This document shows positions 13,562 to 26,043 of a stretch of DNA of 64,000 bases, piece by piece. The position numbers were made by a program, and so were the translations under genes. This DNA is from Welwitschia mirabilis (lineage: Eukaryota), in NCBI GenBank assembly GCA_051453625.1, contig JBOZIK010000001.1, forward strand, positions 23,791,641 to 23,855,640, in the 5' to 3' direction. The notes under the pieces are model-generated. The model did not search any database, was not told where the DNA came from, and saw only the letters and a program-made list of their open reading frames with translations. Within the stretch, counting starts at the first letter, position 1. Each line of letters starts with the position of its first letter.

Positions 13562-14880
13562 ACTTTAATACCAAATGAAGGATCAAGAGCCTTAGAGGAA
13601 GTGATGAAGAGGATTTAAAAAACAAACAAATATATTCACAAACTATCTTCATAAGAAATAAATACTAAAATATTTATGTAAACGAAAAGCTAAAACTAAT
13701 CTAAAAATAAAAGAATTTAAAGCACAAGCACAAAAATACCAATGGAGATGTACACATGATTTATAGTGATTCAAGAAACCCCATACTCTACTCTTGGAGA
13801 TCAGCTTCTATTCAAGCCTGATTCAGATCTTCATTAATCTCTTTTTTGATATTTTAAGTTCACTTATAACTTTTAAAATTGGACTTTCTAAGGCTCAGTC
13901 TCAATCTTTAGCAATAATACAAANNNNNNNNNNAAAGTAGTAATAATGGTATGCCATCATGCACAGGTTTCACTAGATCTCTAGCTCAAGAATCATATTA
14001 CTACACTGTTTGAAAAGATAGCATAATTTAATTAACTAAGTACAAAATTATAATAATAGTTCTTTGTTTATCTTTTAGTCAGGTAAAGGATGTACCAATG
14101 AGTTCTATAATGATTTCATAATAATTCAAAATTGATACAGTGATTTTGACTCTTGGAAAATATATAGGAGAAGTTTTTTAGGGTTTTTATGATTGAAAAG
14201 ACTTTTCAATGGATAAAAATAGGTGCTCAAATGGCTAGAAAAATCTTGTTTATATCATGACTGGTTGACCCCTCAAAATGTCTAGTTGATTCCATATAGG
14301 ACCATCACTGAAGTCAGTTGCCCTCATATTCTTTTATATGACCTCTATTTCTTATGACTCCATGTCTAGTTGATTCCTTAGGGTCTGATCAATCATAGAT
14401 CTGGTTAGTCATATATTTATATAGTCAATCCCATATCTAGGAAAAATTATAACACTATTTTATGATCTAGGTTTAGTTAATCTCATGAAGATCTGGTTGA
14501 TACCTTACTGACAAAGAATAGAAACATTTCACTCTAGATGTGATCAATCCATCTAAAATCTATTGATCCCTTGATGATTAGCTATGAAAGATTAGGTGCT
14601 TATACCTGATCGATTTCTCAAGAATCTATTCAACCCCTTTGAAATTAATTTGTGATAGTTTATATTCTAGGTTTTGATTGACCCCTTAGGAATACGATCA
14701 ACCCCATTGAGGGTATTAAAACTGTCAGGTTCAGTTTTAATTAGTGGCAAAATGTTTTAGCTTTTAAACTATAAGGATTAATATTTTTCACATAAGATAC
14801 AACATGTTTTGCTAAATAGAGAATGTTAGTTTGATAACAACTTGGCAAACATTAACACAACAACCATAACTTCTATAATA
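13562..14880 (-). mobile_element. Sirevirus (SIRE/Maximus)-like copia 5' LTR with tRNA-Met PBS
   Basis: actttaatacca (13562-13573) resembles GCTCTGATACCA; then tgaaggatcaagagccttagaggaagtgatgaaga resembles ...CTAGAGGGGGGGTGAATAG; gatttatagtgattc at ~13758; decayed palindrome array 14260-14705; right end approximate. Confidence 0.65.
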
Positions 14881-14899
14881 GATCTTTGTAATTACATCC

Positions 14900-15818
14900 C
14901 TTCATTATTTAGAAATGAGAATTTTTTATGAGATTACATTTGAAAATAGGATATATATTATTAAAAGTTAAACTAAGAAATATTTTTATAATCTTAGGAA
15001 GGACATAGCTATTATTATAAGGTGATGGATTTTTATTTATATTTTAAAGTACATAATCAAGTTTATCCCCCTTTTTAATTTTTAATAGATAAATTTTATA
15101 AGTTATGAATATGGATTTTTACTTTAAAGCTATATGATGATATAATTTAGGATGAATAACTTAGTTGGAGATTTGATTATTTCCAAGGATATATAAGGTT
15201 TTATTTATATATTTATATTTCTTGCAATAAGACTAAGCTCTTTAAGAAATCATACAAGGTTATTATCCTAAATTATTAAGATAATTTTAATTATTCTAAG
15301 TGATTATTATTTATAGCTATAAGGTAATAGGACTTTTAATGACTTGAAATCATCTTAGTTTTTTTAGAGATTTACAATTATCATGGGTTGGGGTTATAGT
15401 TAAATTTATGAATACTTTAGTCACTATGCTAAATATAATTAACTTCTAAGATTAATAAGATATTAAAGTTATCATTAGCATAATCTTTATAATTATTGGG
15501 ATTAATATGAGTGTAATTGATATATATTTAGAAAGTAGGAAAACTATAAATATAATGAAATTTATGATTATTAGGAAATAGGATTAAATTCATGCTTATC
15601 TAGGAGTTAGAGTTATCTTGGAATATAGTATTATAAGAAATATACTTGATTTTACTTATGGTTTAAAATTATTAATGATATAATTAACTTTATAGCTATT
15701 AGAAATTAAGGTAATTATCATTAAGAAATATTATTAAAAATATAATTAGATTTATATTCTCATAAATTTATAAGTGCTTAATATAAGTATTTTTTAAGTT
15801 AGCCTAGATTTAATACTA
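14900..15818 (-). mobile_element. Tekay 5' leader with decayed tRNA-Met PBS (15807-15818)
   Basis: 14920-15130 aligns with 56530-56737, the leader upstream of the gag of element E; gatttaatacta resembles GCTCTGATACCA and is followed by TGTGATACCC. Confidence 0.7.
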
Positions 15819-15821
15819 ATT

Positions 15822-17314
15822 TGTGATACCCATTCTTCTCTTATGCTAATTAAGCACTATATTTTTTACTTTTTTCTTTATCTTTATTTTTTCTTTAATA
15901 TTATTACCTATTAGCTACAATAGAACTTAAGACTAAATTCTAATTATTCCTTTATTAATTTATATATTCTAAGGAACAAAAATCATATTAATATCATATA
16001 TTTACCTTTAATTAATTTCAAGATTATCTTAGTTTACAAATAATAGCAATGTCATAAGTTTGTGTTCATCATTTCTTCTTAGTTTTTTACCACATAAAAG
16101 ATATTTTGTAAATAGTTCAGGAGATGTAAACTTATTAACAACATACATAAATAAGTTTTAAGGATAATACCTAACTAATATAATAAGAGGTTACAGCTCC
16201 AATTAATGGCATTCCAACTCGATATTCACCACCCTTTAAATGTAAGTTGGTTCTACTTTAGGTTCTAAACTATATAGACATGGTCAAGCTCAACTCCATA
16301 GGCTTTCACTTCACCTCGATATAGCCCCAATATAAGTGATAGATAGTACATGAGATGGATGCATACTTACAAATGATCCCCGCTTCCTTGAAGCATCTCT
16401 GAATGATGGAACATGATCCATCGATGTCAAGGGCTCAAGATATTAAGTCAAAGTAATTTCATACATGGGTAGGATAGGAGAGTGATGATTAAATCCACTT
16501 CCAAAAGGGTGTTACAAAAACAAATACAATGCACTCCACCTAAATGATGAAATCCAAGTATGGGGATAAACATTATTAAAATTATCTTAACTTACTCTTA
16601 TTTGATGAATACACCACACAAATGCATGTAAATAATTCTAACTAATGTGAATATTTAATGGATTATTTACCTAGTTATAATAATTCTAATCATCATTTGA
16701 TTCATTTTATAGAAACAACCATAAAAATAAAGTAAGCATACAAGAACNNNNNNNNNNNNNNNNNNNNNNNNNNNNNNNNNNNNNNNNNNNNNNNNNNNNN
16801 NNNNNNNNNNNNNNNNNNNNNNNNNNNNNNNNNNNNNNNNNNNNNNNATAAACATAGCAAAACCTAGGATCAAATTTTACTTATTCCCATATTAGCATTT
16901 CTATATTTTAAGCAAAATAAATCATATTAATATTATATATTTACCTATAATTAGTTTCTAAATTATTTTGGTTTATAAACAATACTGATGTCCTAAGTTT
17001 ATATTTTGTATTTCTTCCTAGTTTTTGATTATATAAAAGATATGTTATGAATAGTTAAGAATACGTAAACATGTTATAAACATAGATAAATAAGGTAAGG
17101 ATAATACTAAACTAATATAATAAGAGGTTGCAATTATAATTAATGGCATTCCAACTCAATACTGACCATTTTTTAGAATGAGTTAGTTCTATTTCAAGTT
17201 CTAAACTATACAAACATGGCTAGGCTCAACTCCATAGGCTTTTAGTTCATCTGGATATACCCCAATATAGGTAATCAGTAGTACATGAGGTGGATGCATA
17301 CTTACAAATAATCT
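15822..17314 (-). repeat. Tekay LTR, left part; contains two diverged copies of a segment separated by a 100-N gap
   Basis: TGTGATACCC terminus next to the PBS; ~15935-16375 aligns with 16860-17314. Confidence 0.65.
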
Positions 17315-18503
17315 TGATGCGCTGTCAAATTGTATGTATTTGATGGGGTGTTATAAGCCATTTTGTAGGACATTTATACAGGTTTAGATGCTATTTTAAG
17401 GATTATAATGAATTAATAAAATATCTCAAAAATGTGTAATTCTTGACATGATTAAAAGCATGTAAGGCATATTTCTGATTCATATGGCTTTAGAAGAAAA
17501 TCATTGATGCAAAACAAAGACTTCTTGTGAGTTAAAAAGATAAAGAGGATTGTTATCCTCTCTATCATCTTCATGAAAGATAGGACAATAGCACTATAGA
17601 TGCCACATGGAAATGCTAACATGGAATAGAGCTAGAACTGCTGAGTCATCCTTCTAAAGGAGTGTTGTCCTCATGGTCATACCCATGACAACCAGGATGA
17701 TACTTGTAATTTATAGCTAACCTTTGTCTATTTCATCTATTTTATTCATCTCTTTCTTATAATTTAGTATGTTTTGTAGTGTCTTTTGTATGTCAGTTTT
17801 ATTTCTTAATCCTATAAATAAGACCCTCTTTAACTCTCCTCTCTATCTTCAATGCGCTGGCGATTTTTGTGATAGGAGATTAAAGGGCAGGAGATCCATA
17901 TCAAGAGTTGTAAAAAGATGTTTCCTTGGTAAAGGGCTGTGCATCCTCTATTGAGGCTCAACTATTTTATAACCCAGATGCTAGTTCCATTTTAATAAAA
18001 AACTCTATTTCATTTGTGCATTTAATTTTGTTATATGTTCCTTATGGTTTATCTTATCCTTGATCCAATGATAGTTTCATTGATAATATAGGTCTTAAGG
18101 TAGCCTTCATTAAGGTTGAAGAGAATAGTTTAGATTAATTTTGCATTACATTTGCTTAACTTACCTGATAGATTAAGTTAGTCTTGGTTAGTGACAGTCT
18201 CCTTTGCTGATTTAGTTTATACAAGGTTGGTCTTCCTAACAAATCAATTAAGTAATTACATAAGTGTTCATCTAGGTTTAGTTACATTTGCATTGCATTA
18301 CATCTTTATTTCTTGCATTATTCTTAAATTTTATTCACCTCATTCTTTAAAAATCAATTCTCATTCTTCTCTTGTAATTCTTCGACGAGTTACAACATTT
18401 GGGTCACTCCCATTTATACTAGAGTGAGCATTTTGCAATCTATATATTTTGATTAAGAGGATTTTAACTAAGACATGAAGTTGCAAAAATAGGCACTACA
18501 ACA
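17315..18503 (+). repeat. 5' LTR of element B
   Basis: TGATGC...TACAACA; aligns along its length with 24899-26038; ctataaata TATA box at ~17812. Confidence 0.92.
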
Positions 18504-18506
18504 TCT

Positions 18507-18524
18507 TGGCATCATTGCCAGGGA
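18507..18524 (+). promoter_or_regulatory. Primer binding site of element B (Athila type)
   Basis: TGGCATCATTGCCAGGGA versus TGGCGCCGTTGCCGGGGA; all differences are transitions at CG or CCG sites. Confidence 0.85.
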
Positions 18525-19079
18525 AGGCTACTGAGGAGCATGAGAATTATCATCATTTGGGTGAGTAAATCAGATGTCTATTCAATTATTTATATATAGT
18601 GACATTGTATTTTTTTTATTAGGAAATGTAGATGTTCTATTTGTAGTTTTTAGTTTTTTGTAGTTTGTAGTAATAGTTTTCATCCTTTCTATCATCTCTA
18701 TGACATTGAAAATGACAGCACTAGTTTTCTTAGCTTTAATTTTTTTCTTTGTACTTTCTTTCATCTTTAGCTTCGGTAGTATTGTTCTCTTGTTCATCGT
18801 CCCCATGACAAGGTAGACAATAACTTTATTTTTAGCTTTAGCTTTTAGATTATAGTTTTTTTTAGTATAATAATATTTGATTTCTATTTTATCTTGTATC
18901 ATCCACATGATCAAAAGCATGATAGTCTATAATTTTGGCTTTCATCTTCCTCTCCACTAAATTTCTGTTTTCTACTTTCTGTGTTTGTCATTTCCCTATC
19001 ATTCCCATGATAGTTAGGATGATTGTTAATTGTTTTTTATTTTGTTTTCTATTGCTTTCTATTTATAGGATGCTGTGAC

Positions 19080-21800
19080 ATGGCTAGTCTAGGAAAGAAA
19101 TATTAAAAAAAAAGTCTATTGATAAAGGAAAACATCAAAGAAGGACTAGTAGATTTCAAAATCAAATTAGATAAACAATCTATAGGTACATATAATATTC
19201 CTTTTGATTTTTTTTTTTTAAATCTAATCCCATTCAAGAAAACTTTTTAGAAGATAATTTAGAAAAAGAAGATAATTTTACAATGTTGAATGCTACACAA
19301 AAGTAAAAACAAGTTGTAAGGTCTTCAACCCCTAGTTCTTATGCGAACCTTACCCTTAAGGAATTACTAGCAAATAAGAAATGAGAAGTTCAAAATCCTT
19401 TCAATTGACCATCGGAAGATAATGTTGAGTTAAAAAACCTAAATGCCTATCCAATCTTTAATGGTAAACATAATGAAAACCCCCTCTAACACATCGCAGA
19501 CATAGAATAGTTAGTTCTTACCTCAGAGAACAAAAATAAAAGGATTATTAATCAAACATACATGGTTATTTTGCCTATGACATTGAAGAGAAGAGTAAAA
19601 CTTTACCTAAAAATTATACCCAAAAAAAAATTAAAGTCTTGAAATCAAGCCTAGAAGGCCTTCATTAAAAGGTTCATAAGTGAATTAACCATTAGGGGAA
19701 AAAATGGAAGTAATAAATTTTCAACAACAACTATATGAGAATTATGCTTTTACATACAAATGCTTTTTAATTGCCATTCACTCTAATCCAGTAGATGCTT
19801 TCACATAAGAAGTAGTAGTTAACTACTTTTATATTGGGCTAAATCATGAAACAAAATAACTTGTAGACTTCTTTTATGATGGAAACCTTATAAACCTCAC
19901 ATTAAATAATGTCTTAAAAACATTAGAAGAACTTATGAAGGTTAGTCATATCTGGTCAACATCAAAAGAAAACCACACTATAGGACAACTCATCAAAGAT
20001 TCAAAAGAGGTTAAACAAGAAAAGAAGGTAGAAGACAAGTCTATAGATCTGATAAAGATTTTACAATAACTCTAGAAAGATACACTAAAATGATTTTAGA
20101 TGCCAAATCAATAACTAAAAAGAATGTTATGCCAATATGTAACTTATGTAAGAACAACTATCACATAACTAAAAACTATCTACTTTTACCCACCTACAAA
20201 GAAAATATATATAAACAAGTTTATTCTTTTAACCAAGAATTTGCAAACTTCCACCAGTCATAACCTAGGATGAATTCACAATCCAACTTTCAAACCTTTA
20301 ACAATAAGTTCAAAAATTTCCAACCTTTCAAAAATCATTTTGAAAATGTAAATTTTTAACCAGGTCCACTAAATTTTCAAGATGATTCACTTCAAAACAC
20401 TATTATTAACCTTATGGACTTACAAAAAAAATTAAATACTAACATTGAAAACTTAGTAAATGTTCTTCAATAAACCATGTTAGCAAATCAAAGACCACAA
20501 GAATCATTGACAATACAACCTCTCCCAAATCCCAGTAAAGTGAGAAGAGATTGTAAGGTTGTAACACGAAGTGAGCATGAAGTAAACCCTCCTCCTTGTG
20601 AAGCATCAACCTTTTAAAATAATATAGAGATGATGAGAAAGAAGGAGACATTGAAATATTAAAAAATTATAACTTTCCTTCTCTTAGTAAAAATGAAAAG
20701 AAAAATTCTTCACAAAAGTAATCCTTTACCTCTTTCCTTGATAGGCTTAATGTTAATTTAACTTTTAATAAACATCTCAAATCATTAATAGAAAATATAA
20801 GCATAAACTTATCTTTTTAGAAACTTTTACAACAAAATTGAGGGTACTTAAGCTATGAAAATACTTAACAAAAAGAAAATGAAAATAATTTATTCCTAGC
20901 ATAGGTTTTAGCTCAATCCCTCATGAATTTAGTGTTATAAGAATCTTCAAAATTTAAAGATCTAGGGGCATCAATGGTAAGTCTTACATTAGAGGGAAAC
21001 AAAAATATTAGAAGAGCTTTAATTGACATTGGAGTAAGTATTAACATCATGCCATTACATATTTGCAAGAAACATAGTTTAGAAGGTAGAATAGAGCCTA
21101 CTCAGATTCTCTTAAAGTTAACACTTTAGTTAAGAAATCTTTAAGAATCGTCAAAGATTTAGTAATCCAAATTTAAAAGGCTTACTACCCAATGGATGTA
21201 GTTATCATATAGGTTGAACATAATGGAGGTTATCCATTACTTTTAGGATGAGCCTTCTATGCAATAACCCACTGCATTATTGATACAAGAACTAGGATGA
21301 TAAAGTATCACCTAGAAAATATAAAGTTATAATTAGAGTTTTTGATATAACTGAGAAAGGCCTAGGTGATGAATGGGACATAGAAAGTAAAATCAAGCCA
21401 ACTTTATTTCTTCAACATCATTCCCTTAAAGAAAGAGGGTTGATATTACATGAATCTATACTTTATGATGTTTCAATTAAGATTAAAAATTAGAAGTCTT
21501 TGAAACATCCAACTTTGGGTATGAATTTTTAGATTAGAATGAAGAAATAAAACCGTTAGATTACAAGGAAGTTTAACTATTAAATGAAAACTCATACCTT
21601 AATAAAATTATCCATGACAGAAGCTAAAGACTAATTATTTTAGTTTAAATATAAAAAATATTCCTAGTGTATTGAAATATATTTTTCTTTGTGAATATTA
21701 AAACAAAACTCTTATAATCAATGAAATTCTTTTACCTTAACAAAAGTCAACATTAATCTCCCTTTTGACTTCCAAAATTCATGCACTTTCATGATCTCAT
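19080..21800 (+). pseudogene. Decayed gag and aspartic protease of element B
   Basis: LTLKELLA..QNPFN*PSEDNVELKNLNAYPIFNG at ~19350-19465; KDLGASMV...IRRALIDIGVSINIMP at ~20960-21055; YYPMDVVII...GGYPLLLG at ~21185-21250. Confidence 0.88.
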
Positions 21801-22049
21801 AAAGATTTTTTTGGTTTCCCTCTCTTCCTCTAATTGATTTTACTAAAAAATAATTGTATATCTTTTATGTTTTATTAATTAGTGAATATTTGGTTTGGGC
21901 CTTATTTCTCTAAAAGAATGCAATATCTTGAAACCATCAAAACAAATCCTTCCCTTTTTCTTCCTTTTTGATAAAAGTGTTAAATAGATTTTAGGATTGA
22001 ATAAAATTTGTTTGCTTTAATGTTTCCTTTTTACTCTTATGTTTTTAAG

Positions 22050-22240
22050 TAATAAATTAATATATGATTAGGTTCTTTTCTTTTTAAGAAAGTGCATTAT
22101 AATGATTATATTAAGATTTTTGACTTATCCACTAAAGAAATTTAGAAAGTTAATGGATAAAAGTTGAAAATTATATGAGCAACATTTTGATTAAACATGA
22201 TAAAAGTACTAGCCTTAGAGGTTTTCCTTGATGAGGAGGA
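22050..22240 (+). pseudogene. Relic of the extreme integrase C-terminus in element B
   Basis: tgattaggttcttttc...aaagttaatggataaaagttgaaa aligns with the reverse complement of 37370-37560 in element C (LGPY...KVNG*RLKLYE). Confidence 0.7.
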
Positions 22241-24898
22241 CTTCTTCCCTATCACTGTCTAAATCTTTTCTTAGCTTTTTCCTTCAGAGTCTACCATGAT
22301 GTTATCTGATCATCTTTTAAATATTACTTATGTATTCATTTTCATGACTATTCTTTGACTTAGGTGTTTTGTAGTGTTAAGACTAGATTCACCTATTATT
22401 AAGACATTCACATGTTTATGGACTTTATTCTAAAGGAAGATGCTTTATTTTTTATGTTTTTCTCAATGGTAAAAAGGTCTTAGATTGTTTGAAGTTGTTT
22501 ATTTTCTATCTTTTATCTTATGACTTCATCTTTATCGTTTGTAGTGTTTGGTNNNNNNNNNNNNNNNNNNNNNNNNNNNNNNNNNNNNNNNNNNNNNNNN
22601 NNNNNNNNNNNNNNNNNNNNNNNNNNNNNNNNNNNNNNNNNNNNNNNNNNNNTATGAGAAACATTTTGATTAAACATGATAAAAGTGCTAGCTTTGGAGG
22701 TTTCCCTTGATGAGAAGGACTTCTTCCCTATCACTGTCTAAATCTTTTCTTAGCTTTTTCCTTTGGAGGCTACCATGATGTTATTTTATTATCTTTTAAA
22801 TATGACTTATGTATCTATTTCCATGAGTAGTCTTTGACTTAGGTGTTTTGTAGTGTTAAGACTAGATTCACCTAATATTAAGACATTCACATGTTTATGG
22901 ACTTTATTCTGAAGGAAGATGCTTTATTTTTTATGTTTTTCTCAATGGTAAAAAGGTCTTAGATTGTTTAAAGGTGTTTTTTTTCTATCTTTTATCTTAT
23001 GACTTCATCTTTATCTTTTGGAGTGTTTGGTTATGTGAAATGTTTTCATCCATTTGTGCTAAAAAAAAGAGGGGGGGGAAGAGGGGAGTGGAGGAGTAAN
23101 NNNNNNNNNNNNNNNNNNNNNNNNNNNNNNNNNNNNNNNNNNNNNNNNNNNNNNNNNNNNNNNNNNNNNNNNNNNNNNNNNNNNNNNNNNNNNNNNNNNT
23201 TGGTTATGTGAAATGTTTTCATCCATTTGTGCTAAAAAAAAGAGGGGGGAGGGGGGGAAGAGGGGAGTGGAGGAGTAAAATAACACATGACATCTTATAT
23301 TTGAAATAGCTGAAAGACATGGTTGTCGTAATGTCCCATTGCAAGTACATCGAGGTAAATTTTCTTGAGGGGGGCCTTTAGTAGTCTAATATGGTAGCTA
23401 TAAAAACTCCACTAGGGGTTAGTTGGCCATGCTTTATGGGTCCTTACTTCTCTGACTGTGATTGCACTCTTATTTTCACATGAGCATTTTATTTCTTAAG
23501 ATTGAGATGTTTGTTTTGAGATGTAAGCAAGTAAGTTCATTTTTTAAGCAACTCTTTGATCTTATCACTTATTGTTTAAAGCATTAATTTTTAGCATTGT
23601 AATAATCACTACCTTATTGAATGGAATTTTTTATACATCAAGTCATGCATTTTTAAATCAAGTGATGTTATAATTTCTTTTATGAGAGTCTATTACTCTA
23701 AAATTTAGGGTAGACAGGATATCTTATTTATGTTATCATATGTCCATTCTTTTTTATTTTNNNNNNNNNNNNNNNNNNNNNNNNNNNNNNNNNNNNNNNN
23801 NNNNNNNNNNNNNNNNNNNNNNNNNNNNNNNNNNNNNNNNNNNNNNNNNNNNNNNNNNNNNNNNNNNNNNNNNNNNNNNNNNNNNNNNNNNNNNNNNNNN
23901 NNNNNNNNNNNNNNNNNNNNNNNNNNNNNNNNNNNNNNNNNNNNNNNNNNNNNNNNNNNNNNNNNNNNNNNNNNNNNNNNNNNNNNNNNNNNNNNNNNNN
24001 NNNNNNNNNNNNNNNNNNNNNNNNNNNNNNNNNNNNNNNNNNNNNNNNNNNNNNNNNNNNNNNNNNNNNNNNNNNNNNNNNNNNNNNNNNNNNNNNNNNN
24101 NNNNNNNNNNNNNNNNNNNNNNNNNNNNNNNNNNNNNNNNNNNNNNNNNNNNNNNNNNNNNNNNNNNNNNNNNNNNNNNNNNNNNNNNNNNNNNNNNNNN
24201 NNNNNCTTTTTTATTTCATGGTTTAGTTAATTATTTTAAAGTAATTTTCATATTTATTTATCATTTTAGGGCCTTAACATTAAATGATTTCCATGCTTAG
24301 TATTTATTTGTTGCTCAAATAAATATCCTTAATAATTTTATGATGTTTATTTTTAATCTTTTGGAGTTCTAAACACTACTCTTAATCATTTTTGTGATAG
24401 TACATTTGTTGGGCATTTATGAATCTACTTCATCCTAATTAACGCATTTTCACTAACTACTTTTTTCATGCTTATTAAAATATTTCATACATTTCTATTT
24501 TTCGAATATAATACTTCTATACTCAGCTTTGCACTTAATTCACAAAGTTGTTAAAATTCAAAAACACCCATTATCTGCCTTCTCACTCCTGTCTGATTTC
24601 TTTGCTTTATTATCTCATACGGGACATATTGCTTTTTTTCTCGAGGTGTGGGAGGGGGAACAGGAAGGGGCAAAACTCATTTTCATGATTTATTTTCATA
24701 AATTTTTAAGTGATTTTAGAGACATAATTTTAAAATTTTTACTTCATACACATGATGCATGACTTATTATTTTGCTATGTGATGTGTTATGAGCCTACTT
24801 TATAATTTTCAAATTGATTTTTTTAGATAATTTGGCTCGCAATTATAGTTGTTTACTTGGTTCTTATCAAGGAATAACAAAGGCTAAGCGAAGGGCTA

Positions 24899-26038
24899 TA
24901 ATGCACTACCAACTGTTATGTATTTTATGGAGTGTTATGAGCTATTTTATAGGACATTTATATAGGTTTAGATGCAATTCTAAATATTATGGAGAATTAA
25001 TAAAGGATCTCAAAAATTTACAATTCTTGACATGATTAGAGGCATTTAAGTTATAATGCAAAAGGAAGACCTTTTTAGTTAAAAAGACAAAGAGAACTAT
25101 TATTCGCTCTATCATTTCAATGACAGATAGGACAACACTGTAGATGCCACATGAAAATGCTGACATAGAATAGAGCTAGAACTGCTAAGTCATCCTTTCT
25201 AAAGGGGTATCATTCCCATGGTCATCCCCATAATAGCTAGGATGATACTTGCAACTGTTAGCCAATCTTTGTCTATTTTATCTCTTTCTTTCCTGTAATT
25301 AAGCATATTTTGTAGTGCCTTTTGTGTGTCGGTTTAGTTCTTAACCCTATAAATAAGATCTCCTTCAACTCTTCTCTCCATCTTTGATGCACTAGGAATT
25401 CTTGTGATAGGACATCAAATGACAAAAGATCCATCTCGAGAGTTGTAGAAAGACATCTCTTGGTAAAGGGTTATGCATCCTCTATTGAGGCTTGACTATT
25501 TTGTAAACCAAATGCTAGTTCCATTTTAATACAAAACTCTATTTCATTTATGCATTCAATTTTTTTATATGTCCCTTATAATTTATGTTGTCCTTGATCT
25601 GTTGAAAATTTCATTGATGATATAGGTTTTAAGAGCATCCTTTGTTAAGACCAAAGAGAGTAGTTTAAATTTATTTTGTATTGCATTTATTTGATTCACC
25701 TGATAGCTTAAGTTAGTCTTGGTTAGTGACAGTCTTATCAGCTAATTTAGGTTATAGAGGACTGGTCTTCCTAATAAGTTAATTTAGTAATCGGATAAGT
25801 GTTCATCTAGATTTAGTTGCATTTGCATTACATTGCATCTGTATTTCCTATATTGTTCTTAAATTTTGGTTACCTTATTCTTTGAAAATCAATTCTCATT
25901 CTTCTCTCATAAGTCTTTAACGGGTTACAACATTTGGATCACTTCCATACATACTAGAGTGTGCATTTTATAATCTATATATTTTGATTAACAGGATTTA
26001 GAACAAGAGGTGAAGTTGCAAAAATAAGCACCATAACA
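24899..26038 (+). repeat. 3' LTR of element B
   Basis: Preceded by PPT aggctaagcgaagggc; TAATGC (decayed TG)...CATAACA. Confidence 0.92.
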
Positions 26039-26043
26039 AACCT

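Larger units (their letters stand above)
17315..26038 (+). mobile_element. Element B: complete non-autonomous Athila element (LTR-PBS-gag-PR-[no RT/RH/INT core]-PPT-LTR)
   Basis: Paired LTRs, PBS and PPT present; TSD AATCT (17310-17314) / AACCT (26039-26043); the flanks rejoin to match the empty site at ~16360-16400. Confidence 0.92.

Noticed and set aside
14260..14705. Regularly spaced short palindromes as a CRISPR-like array
   Set aside because: Units are only 8-10 bp, degenerate, inside a plant copia LTR, and no cas genes are present
18582..18920. 112-aa K/T-rich minus-strand ORF
   Set aside because: Low-complexity antisense reading of the T-rich leader of element B
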